DNA of 63,464 nt, filler included. It is 6 parts of 6 records of this genome, joined end to end, with 100 filler letters (N's around TTAATTAATTAA, not from the genome) between each part and the next. Parts side by side here need not be neighbours in the genome. Positions count along the whole stretch, not along the records: positions 27,082 to 39,143 come from SRR31147125_4152; positions 39,244 to 55,962 come from SRR31147125_4203; 4 more parts are not named here. One strand, 5' to 3'. The notes beneath the pieces are model-generated. The model searched no databases. It was not told the origin of the DNA and saw only the letters and a program-made list of their open reading frames with translations. Every line of letters starts with the position of its first letter. Positions within the stretch are counted from its first letter, which is position 1. The position numbers and the translations under genes are program-made. Below are positions 34,801 to 42,662 of the stretch, in pieces.

Positions 34801-36047
34801 ACTGCAGAAGCTACACATTCTTTTGATCCGACAGGTACTAACCTCGAAGGGGCAACGTTCTTCTGGGAATTTGGCGACGGAAAAATTTCAAACGAGCAAA
34901 GTCCAACTCATACCTACGAATTGCCTGTTAACGATGACAATAAGGTTACCGTTACACTTATGGTTACTGCTGCAAATGGAATTTGTAAAACAGTAGTAGA
35001 ACACGCAATTGTTTTCGAAGAAGTAAAACCGGTAATATCTCTCGAAGAGAATGAATATTGCGAAAACGATAAATCTGCATATCCGTTTACTGTAACTCCA
35101 CCTAATAGTAAGGTTGAAATAACCGGATCAGGAGTTGAAAAAGATGGAGAAGGTGGATTTGTATTTATCCCGGCAGCAGCAGCTCTTGGAGAAATCGAAT
35201 TCATTTTAAACGGCGAGGCTTCAGGACTTAGCGTAACTGTTTATGCTGCTCCCCAGGCTTCGTGCGAACCAAAACAGGTAGACAACCAGTTAATTATTTC
35301 CAATAACTCTAAAAATGCCAATAAGTTTGAGTGGAAAATAAATGGCAACGAGATAAAAACGGAAACACTCGATCCGATAACCATCGACTTAACTGCTGAC
35401 AGTGAGAATTTATGGGAAATAAATTTGATTGCCTACGGTGCTGCACCTTGTCCGCCAAGTGCAACGTCTGTAGAGTACGAGACAAAATACATTGAAGAGC
35501 CACCGGTAAATACTTGCGAAGAAGAAGCAAAAGCAGCCATGTTAACTGATGGTAGAGCCTTGCAGAAATTTGTTCCAATTGATACCGGAATTGTCGGAGA
35601 CGCCTGGAACCGAACGCTTAAACTTTACGGTGGAATGCCGGATTACAAAGAGGGTATTCTCGATAACGTTGATGCATTTTTAAGTGGAGAAGAAAACGAC
35701 CGACTTGGCGAATTCTTATGGAGCTTATTAATTACACCGGAATGATGGCAGTTGAAATGATGCAGGAAAAAGAAATTTCTGCTCAATTAATGGAGTTGCT
35801 CGAATATCAGCTCCGCCTGTTTTATAATGTTTTGGGCTGCCAGAACAACGATTTATTAAAACGCTACGAAGATATTATTTCACAGATATTTAAACAGATC
35901 ATTGAAACGCTGACATTGATTAAAGAGTATAAACTTGTTTTCAGCGAAACAATGAAACAGTTTATTGCAGCTTATGCAAAAAGAGTTGAGAAAATTGATA
36001 TGCTGCGTGCTCATATAGAGGTGATAATTTCTCAAAATTTAATTTAA
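31806..36047 (+). CDS. eCIS Afp13-like (tail-fibre/baseplate-associated) protein with PKD/Ig domains; frameshifts at about 31861 and 35716
   Basis: ATG 31806 MASKLTEITTKYHTFVDNQ joins LTKDQLNEF..YLDDQDRLSRVFLSGVGVVCG (Afp13-type N-terminus). Also FPKHLFLG, FYRIEGHQG, PGLEHKAGV..GGTFVLVY, ADFALPYMCC and PKD motif WEFGDG...SPTHTY. ORF 35718..36047 is the likely C-terminus. Confidence 0.75.
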
Positions 36048-36048
36048 A

Positions 36049-37845
36049 TTGTTTAACGAAAACCATATTATACATAAGGTTTTTCTAGATATTCAGGTTC
36101 CGGATGAAAAGAAAGCCAGGCAGATAAACAACAACATTAGCTCGTTCTTACAAGCTGAAGTGTTTCCTGCCCTGGAAGAATTATTTTCAAAATATTCTGA
36201 TGAGAGGCAAATTATTCGCTTCGATCATCTTGACTTGAACGTGGCGATTAGCGACTGGAATGATCGAAAAACAATTAAATCGGAACTAATAAAAAAAGTA
36301 GAACAAAAATTAATTCAGAATAAAGAACAGAAGTTAATTCAGAATAAGGAACAAAAAGTTAATTCAGAATTACAACGAGATATTTCTTTGTCAGATCATC
36401 AGAGTTTTAGAAGTGATGTTTCGGAGGCAAGTAGTTCCAGCGATAAAATAATTCCGAAAGAAATTGAACGCGAAGGAATTCTTCATCCCGATGAAAATTT
36501 CAGGGAAACATTTTTGTTTTTTTTAGAGAATGGATATTTACCGTGGTTTGGAAAACGTGAATACATAACAGAATTTACCAAAGAAGAGAATTGGCACAAG
36601 AACCTTGAAAATTTTGAATTCAGGATCAAACTCATTGAGGTAATTAAACAGAAACAAGTTACTTTAAAACGGTTTGTGCTTCAGTTTCCTAACCGTGTAA
36701 TTGTTTCGTTTCTTACAGAATCCGAAAATTCTAAAATAATTAATGAAGAACGGCTCTTAAGTTTTGTTAACCGGTTTGATAGCGATACCGGAAATGTATT
36801 TCTAATGTATTTGTGCAAACATGCCGGAGCTGGTTCTGGCAAAGAAAAATGGCAGACGGGAACTGTTTATAACAAAGAAGAATTGCATGCAGAAACTATT
36901 TTTGGTAAAGAAGAATGGCTGACACTAATTACAAAGTTATTCTTGATTTTGGTTCGAAATAAGGAAGGAATGCCTGTAGATGAGCTTTATAAGTCAGCCA
37001 AATTGTATGAAACTGAGCTGACGGAAATTTTCGAAAAAGAGCTATTGAATGGATTATTGCCAAAACTTAATTCAGAAATAGAAATAATAGTTAATAATAC
37101 TAATTCAGGAAGCACGAAACGCATTGAAAGTAATGAACCGGAATCGAAAGCTCAAGATAGGCCCGACGACTCATTACAATTTTTAAAGTTGAAGAAAAAG
37201 GAAAAACAAGAAAAAGAGACAGTTAAAGATATAGTTGATTTCAAGATATTTGACAGTGCAATTCTTGAAAATATGCCAACCATTTATAATCAAGAATTTG
37301 TTAGGACAGGATTGAAAAAAGAACCACCGTTTTTTGAAAGTAATAAAAATAATTTATTGGTTCAGAATGCGGGTTTGGTTCTTTTTCATCCGTTTTTTAA
37401 AAGTTTCTTTAATAATTTTAACTGGCTTAACCAGGATGAACAGATAAAAGAGGAGTTTCTTTTTTATGCAGTGCAAGCCATGCATTACTGCGCTACCGGA
37501 ACCGAAGATTTTTTTGAAGGCAATTTGCTGCTGGAAAAGTTTATGTGTGGAATAGCATTGGAAACTGTAGTACCGGCCAAAAGTTACTTAAGCACCGAAG
37601 TGAAAAACGAAACCGAAGAAATGCTTCGGGCAGTTATTGGTAATTGGCCGGCTCTAAAAAATACCACATCCAATGGCTTAAGGCAAATGTTTGTTCATCG
37701 CGATGGTAAATTAATTCAGAAAGAAAAAGGATTTAGACTCATAGTTGAGCGCAAAGCTCAGGATATATTGATGGATAAGTTACCATGGAATATTTCCATT
37801 GTAAAACTTCCGTGGAAAGATGATTTGTTGTTTGTAGAGTGGTAA
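36049..37845 (+). CDS. Contractile injection system tape-measure protein (Afp14-like)
   Basis: N-terminal HIIHK...FDHLDLNV and FFLENGYLPW. C-terminal NAGLVLFHPF...KFMCG...IGNWPALKNTTSNGLRQMFVHRDGKL...VERKAQDILMDKLPWNISIVKLPW...VEW. Confidence 0.9.
   Translation: MFNENHIIHKVFLDIQVPDEKKARQINNNISSFLQAEVFPALEELFSKYSDERQIIRFDHLDLNVAISDWNDRKTIKSELIKKVEQKLIQNKEQKLIQNKEQKVNSELQRDISLSDHQSFRSDVSEASSSSDKIIPKEIEREGILHPDENFRETFLFFLENGYLPWFGKREYITEFTKEENWHKNLENFEFRIKLIEVIKQKQVTLKRFVLQFPNRVIVSFLTESENSKIINEERLLSFVNRFDSDTGNVFLMYLCKHAGAGSGKEKWQTGTVYNKEELHAETIFGKEEWLTLITKLFLILVRNKEGMPVDELYKSAKLYETELTEIFEKELLNGLLPKLNSEIEIIVNNTNSGSTKRIESNEPESKAQDRPDDSLQFLKLKKKEKQEKETVKDIVDFKIFDSAILENMPTIYNQEFVRTGLKKEPPFFESNKNNLLVQNAGLVLFHPFFKSFFNNFNWLNQDEQIKEEFLFYAVQAMHYCATGTEDFFEGNLLLEKFMCGIALETVVPAKSYLSTEVKNETEEMLRAVIGNWPALKNTTSNGLRQMFVHRDGKLIQKEKGFRLIVERKAQDILMDKLPWNISIVKLPWKDDLLFVEW
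36301..36372 (+). repeat. 24-nt tandem repeat (about 3 copies) in the tape-measure gene
   Basis: gaacaaaaattaattcagaataaa / gaacagaagttaattcagaataag / gaacaaaaagttaattcagaatta. Confidence 0.85.
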
Positions 37846-37848
37846 GAT

Positions 37849-39045
37849 ATGAGGACAAAAATAAACAGACAGGAGACTCCCTCTAAAAGCAGCAATCCTT
37901 TTTTTGCCAAAACCGGCAGTGCGGGATTTTTTAGTCCTCAAACTCATACAATTCAACAAGGGGGTGAGATTGCACCCGAATTACAGTCAAACGTTGGTGA
38001 TAATCACGATCTTCAATCGACACGTTTTGCAGGTGATACAGTTTTGGAAGCTTGTATGGATGGAGAACAGACGTTGCAATTTGGAAGCCGGGGAAGCGCC
38101 GTTAGAAAAATGCAACGAGCTTTGGTTGCTGCCGGTTTTCCGTTACCTGTTTATGGTGTTGATGGTATTTTTGAAGAAGAAACACAGGGAGCTTTACAAG
38201 ACTTCCAAAGAGCCTCATCGTTGCCCGATACCGGGGTGCTCGATTCAAGAACAATATCGGCATTGGACAGCTTATTTTATATTGATGAACCAATGCACCC
38301 GAGTGAGGAAACCTCTTATGATGTTGCGCCGGAGATTGAACCATATGCCTTAAATCTGGCTCCTGAAAATGACGACACTGCGCGAACGGAAGTTGGCGTA
38401 GGAGAACGGATAAGGTTTTACGCTAACACAGCCGGAATCTGGACGGCAACTGAGGGAAGAATTATTGGGTTAAATAATGGCGAGAATATGCTTTGGGAAG
38501 CTCCACCGGTGGCTGCAAATTCGACTGTAAGCCTTACAACACCGGGTGGGGCTGTTGCAATTAATATGACTGTTATTGCTCCTTCGTCACTAGATATGTC
38601 TTACCTCAGAAGTGAGGATATTCCTGTTGGAACGGCAGGTGCATGTATGTTTGCACAAATAACCATGCATCCCTTAAGTGTAAATTTTGGAAGGGTTCAA
38701 TTCTGTGAGGTGCCTGGCCCCGCAACTAACGTAGCCGGCTATTTTGAGCGGTTTTCTGCAGCCAGGTTAAGACATAGAACAGCAGGGCACTATGTTGCAT
38801 TTGATAATAATAATTCAGGTGTTGAAGACCATGCATATGAGCATGCTTTGCCGGATCCATATTTAGATGGAACCTATCAATGGGAAATTCCGAATAATTA
38901 TAAAATTGATGGCGAGCCAGATTCACAAGGACGTCATTTTACGGATACCGTTCAACGATTCCGAATGTTCGAGTGTGGGGCAGTGCTTATAACTAAATCA
39001 GGAACTTGTGTTCTGCGATTTATAAGTGATACTATTTTACCATAA
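37849..39045 (+). CDS. Putative eCIS cargo: polar leader, peptidoglycan-binding (PG_binding_1) domain, unknown C-terminal domain
   Basis: LQFGSRGSAVRKMQRAL...GVDGIFEEETQGALQDFQ....DTGVLD..T..ALD is a PG_binding_1 motif. No Sec signal. Starts 3 nt after the tape-measure stop. Confidence 0.75.
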   Translation: MRTKINRQETPSKSSNPFFAKTGSAGFFSPQTHTIQQGGEIAPELQSNVGDNHDLQSTRFAGDTVLEACMDGEQTLQFGSRGSAVRKMQRALVAAGFPLPVYGVDGIFEEETQGALQDFQRASSLPDTGVLDSRTISALDSLFYIDEPMHPSEETSYDVAPEIEPYALNLAPENDDTARTEVGVGERIRFYANTAGIWTATEGRIIGLNNGENMLWEAPPVAANSTVSLTTPGGAVAINMTVIAPSSLDMSYLRSEDIPVGTAGACMFAQITMHPLSVNFGRVQFCEVPGPATNVAGYFERFSAARLRHRTAGHYVAFDNNNSGVEDHAYEHALPDPYLDGTYQWEIPNNYKIDGEPDSQGRHFTDTVQRFRMFECGAVLITKSGTCVLRFISDTILP

Positions 39046-39087
39046 ACTGATTTTTGATATTAGAAGTGAATTCAAAAGAAGTGTACT

Positions 39088-39143
39088 ATGAAAACAAGTG
39101 CAAAGAAAAACGAAAGATCAAGAAAAAAGAGCAGTACTTTTTT
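39088..39143 (+). CDS. Start of next probable eCIS cargo gene (MKTSAKKNERSRKKSSTF...), truncated
   Basis: ATG 39088, open to contig end; leader resembles that of the 37849 gene. Confidence 0.5.
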
Positions 39144-39243
39144 NNNNNNNNNNNNNNNNNNNNNNNNNNNNNNNNNNNNNNNNNNNNTTAATTAATTAAN
39201 NNNNNNNNNNNNNNNNNNNNNNNNNNNNNNNNNNNNNNNNNNN
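39144..39243. other. Artificial contig spacer
   Basis: 44 N + ttaattaattaa + 44 N. Confidence 0.99.
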
Positions 39244-39259
39244 TTTTCCTTAAAACTGG

Positions 39260-39320
39260 AATCCCCCGGATGACGGAGCAGAAAGGATCGAGATCCAAAC
39301 TTCCCGCCAGCCGGGGGATT
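39260..39320 (-). terminator. Long GC-rich stem-loop downstream of the polysaccharide cluster (terminator, stability element or repeat element)
   Basis: aatcccccgg (39260-39269) / ccgggggatt (39311-39320) perfect 10-bp arms; inner ggatc-ga-gatcc hairpin; 45 nt past the stop at 39366. Confidence 0.45.
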
Positions 39321-39365
39321 TCGTACAGATGCTGATCTTTAAACCTCTGCACGAATCATTTTATT

Positions 39366-41021
39366 TTAATATCTAAAGTTCACCTGAAGCGAGTAAAACA
39401 TAGACGGTTGATCATCAATAATTTGCAATTCACAGGCAGTTTTAAACTCGATTTGTTTACGCCAGCGATACTTCCATTCAAGGCGTAGCATATCTTTCAT
39501 GCTTAGATCACCCATTAACCACTGAGTTGCCTGATCCATGTCCTCAGATCGGAAACTATAATCCTGATTTGAATTACCACCGCTTGGATACATTGTACCG
39601 GCAACGTCTATTGAGTCAGCTCCAAGCAGAACATGATCAAAACTGAATGTCAATTTATGTTTGGCTGATATATCATAAGTGATTCCACCACTTAAAACCT
39701 GAGAATTCGGACCGAATTTAAAACCAAGATCTGAACCATTATGAGTATGAGAGCTTGTCGGATAAGCATGGGCATAGGTCCATGGTCTTACAGCCGTGAA
39801 TTCAACATTTACATCCATAGGAAAATATCTTGGTGACCATTGAACGCCACCTTGAAGCGCCAATCTGTTCTTCCAATAATCTTCGCTTAATTTTGATAAC
39901 CAAAGATCATCAACCATCAAATTACCATATAGTCTGATCCCTTCAAATGCGATCAACTCCCCACCAACGCTCAACATCTTATTGTCCCTGTTTCCAAGTA
40001 CAGTCTCTGTTGGCCATAGCATTAGCAGAGGAACCATATAGGTCAACTCGGCAGGCCGGTTGCCATATATCATCATCTCAGCTACATTGATATGGAACTG
40101 CGGATGTAAATGTATTTCCATATGATGTCCCACAATATATTTTGGTAAATATGTGCGGCCTGCAGTCGTATATGTAAACTGATCACTCATTAATGAACCG
40201 TATAAAAATTGGTATTTAAGAGCTTTGAATTCCTTTGAATAGGTAATAGAAGCGAATGGAGGAGCAATTTCTGACAACAAAATTGAGTTTCTTGCATTAC
40301 CCCAGATTAGAGGATAGTACGAAAGTGAAAGTGTTCCAAAATTACCGCTTAAATTCACATAGCTTTTTGAATTCCAAAGAGAATTAAAAGTATTACCTTC
40401 AGAATATGGATAATTTACCAATTCTGTCGCCGGTTCAAGATAATTTCCACTTCTTAACTGATGGTAAAAATACGTATCGGCGTAAAATGCCAAATTTTCA
40501 CCCAACTGCATGGCAACTTCTGCTCCAACCATATCGAATGAACGTACGCTGGCGTCTTTGCCTTCACCCCTTATCGTAAAATCGGTGTTCACCCAAACCG
40601 TACTCTTCTCATCTTCCATTACAAAGATATGCTGTTCCTCATCCCAAATATCCTGAGTAACAATATTGTTCATATCTCTGTCAAAATTCTTCCAGGTAGA
40701 TAATCCGAAATTTGATTTTCTGTTCTTCCCCAAACTTGGATGTTTTTCATCTGTCAATTCGTGACGATAATCGGACAAATAACTATGAAGCAATTGCTTG
40801 TCAACTCTGTGCATTTGGTCTTGAACATCTTTAAGCTCCACCAGCCAATATGCCACAACATCACGGGTAATGGGTTTTATATCATTTTTAAACGACGGAA
40901 TAAACCCACTTGTCGCCTGTCTCTCCAGATAATCGTAGACATCATCATCCACCGGAACATAAAGGTCCATGGCTGAAGCCAGAGAGATCATGGCAATTAA
41001 GATCATTAGTATTCTTTTCAT
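39366..41021 (-). CDS. Wzi-like outer-membrane beta-barrel (paralog 1)
   Basis: Likely start MKRILMILIAMISLASA (41021); LYVPVDDDVYDYLER; KYIVGHHME; GNRDNKM; RPWTYAH; FGPNS; ends QVNFRY. Confidence 0.7.
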   Translation of the reverse strand: MKRILMILIAMISLASAMDLYVPVDDDVYDYLERQATSGFIPSFKNDIKPITRDVVAYWLVELKDVQDQMHRVDKQLLHSYLSDYRHELTDEKHPSLGKNRKSNFGLSTWKNFDRDMNNIVTQDIWDEEQHIFVMEDEKSTVWVNTDFTIRGEGKDASVRSFDMVGAEVAMQLGENLAFYADTYFYHQLRSGNYLEPATELVNYPYSEGNTFNSLWNSKSYVNLSGNFGTLSLSYYPLIWGNARNSILLSEIAPPFASITYSKEFKALKYQFLYGSLMSDQFTYTTAGRTYLPKYIVGHHMEIHLHPQFHINVAEMMIYGNRPAELTYMVPLLMLWPTETVLGNRDNKMLSVGGELIAFEGIRLYGNLMVDDLWLSKLSEDYWKNRLALQGGVQWSPRYFPMDVNVEFTAVRPWTYAHAYPTSSHTHNGSDLGFKFGPNSQVLSGGITYDISAKHKLTFSFDHVLLGADSIDVAGTMYPSGGNSNQDYSFRSEDMDQATQWLMGDLSMKDMLRLEWKYRWRKQIEFKTACELQIIDDQPSMFYSLQVNFRY

Positions 41022-41253
41022 TTTCACTTTCCCCTTATTGAAAATATTAAAATTTTCTGCATATGGAATTTTCACATGCTGAAAAATATTAAGCTTATAT
41101 TCATAAGGATGGAAGTCAATAAATAGACAAACTTTCATCAAGATTATTAAAAGTTTGATTTAAGAATTTTTCAATTAAATCAATCTTAAATCAATCTTTA
41201 TATAATCGACTGATTTCTTGAAGTTTATGTAAGAATAGAGGTTTTTCTTAATT

Positions 41254-42657
41254 TTATGTGCCAGATCCGGAAAATATGATCACAACTGTATTGAGCATGA
41301 TCTTAAGATCGAGTTTTAAGGACATATTTTCAATGTAATAGATATCACAGGCAAGTTTTTGCTTATGTTCTTCTAAACTCAAAGGATAGGGCACTGATAT
41401 TTGAGCCCAACCGGTAATTCCAGGCTTTACACGCAAACGACGTTTATATAGAGGAATTTGTTTTTCAAGCAAATCTGTTGATTCTTGTAAGTCCGGTCTG
41501 GGACCAATAATACTCATATCACCTTTTAACACATTGATTAATTGGGGGATTTCATCAATCCTGAATCGACGAATAAATTGACCGATCTTCGTAATACGAT
41601 TATCATCTTCAGTTGTCACGACAACTTTTCCATTCTCGACATCAGCTTTGTCTCTCATTGAACGAAATTTAATCATATTAAAGGGTTTTCCGGCACGTCC
41701 CAATCTTTCCTGGGTATAAAAGACCGGTCCTCTAGAATCAAGTTTTATTAATAATGAAATGATCAAGCCAAAGGGAAGAAAAAGTGACAGACCTATGACA
41801 GATAATATGACATCCGTGCTTCTTTTGATCAATTTTTCCCAAGGAGACATGATGCTTGGATTTATATCGATCAATGGCACGCCAAAGATCTGTTGAGTTC
41901 TGGCAAGTCCAGAAAAAAGATCATACATATCAGGCAAAATTTTGATCCCAACCTTGATGTCGGATAATTTATCTAAAACTTCAAGTAGCTTCCCATGATC
42001 TTCGGTACTGAATGCTAAAACCAACTGACGGACATTGTATTGTTCGATCAAAGCTTTGATATTATCCAAAGTCCCAACGATCTTTGCATCCAAACAAGCT
42101 TCATTCTCAATACCATCACTTCCTTCTTTAACAAAGCCAACGATCTTATAGCCAAGGGCGGGATATTTATTTATCTTTTCAGCAATTTCATAACCATTAT
42201 TATTACATCCAATAATGAATGCAGAGGTCAATCCGATACCCTTTTCAAGTTGCTTATGCCTGACAGATAAAATGATAGACCTAAAAAGCACAACGATAGC
42301 CATTTGGGCCAGCCAATAGAAACCGATAACTAAGCGACCTAAAGAAAAGGGATTCAGCATATCAAAAGTAAGCAAAAACAATAAAATTGTACCATAGCTG
42401 GTAGCCTTGAATACTTTAATATTTTCATCCGTTCGCGATGGAGCTTCGGGCAGATGATATAAGCCATTATACAGATAGAAAAGTAACCAATATAAATAAA
42501 GCACTATAGCAGGAATCCAAATATCATTGTAATACAGTTCGATATCAATTTCAAAAATACCGGACTTATAACGCAGCCAAAAGATGAAAAATATCGCAAG
42601 AAAGGTTGAGATCAAATCAGAGATCACTAATGCTATTGTATAACGCTTATTCATCAT
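41254..42657 (-). CDS. Priming undecaprenyl-phosphate sugar phosphotransferase (WcaJ/WbaP family)
   Basis: N-terminal TMs, Rossmann-like linker, KR..D, KFRSM, D.RITKIG.FIR..RIDEIPQLINVLKGDMSIIGPRP, KPGITGWAQI, D..YIEN.SLKLD. Confidence 0.92.
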   Translation of the reverse strand: MMNKRYTIALVISDLISTFLAIFFIFWLRYKSGIFEIDIELYYNDIWIPAIVLYLYWLLFYLYNGLYHLPEAPSRTDENIKVFKATSYGTILLFLLTFDMLNPFSLGRLVIGFYWLAQMAIVVLFRSIILSVRHKQLEKGIGLTSAFIIGCNNNGYEIAEKINKYPALGYKIVGFVKEGSDGIENEACLDAKIVGTLDNIKALIEQYNVRQLVLAFSTEDHGKLLEVLDKLSDIKVGIKILPDMYDLFSGLARTQQIFGVPLIDINPSIMSPWEKLIKRSTDVILSVIGLSLFLPFGLIISLLIKLDSRGPVFYTQERLGRAGKPFNMIKFRSMRDKADVENGKVVVTTEDDNRITKIGQFIRRFRIDEIPQLINVLKGDMSIIGPRPDLQESTDLLEKQIPLYKRRLRVKPGITGWAQISVPYPLSLEEHKQKLACDIYYIENMSLKLDLKIMLNTVVIIFSGSGT

Positions 42658-42662
42658 ATGCT

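Noticed and set aside
36301-36372. CRISPR-like repeats
   Set aside because: Head-to-tail coding repeats with no spacers. No CRISPR array or cas gene was seen anywhere in the window.
39244-39330. tRNA, SRP or other known RNA gene at the GC-rich hairpin
   Set aside because: No cloverleaf, TTCGA T-loop or SRP GGAA-loop motif; kept only as an unexplained stem-loop.
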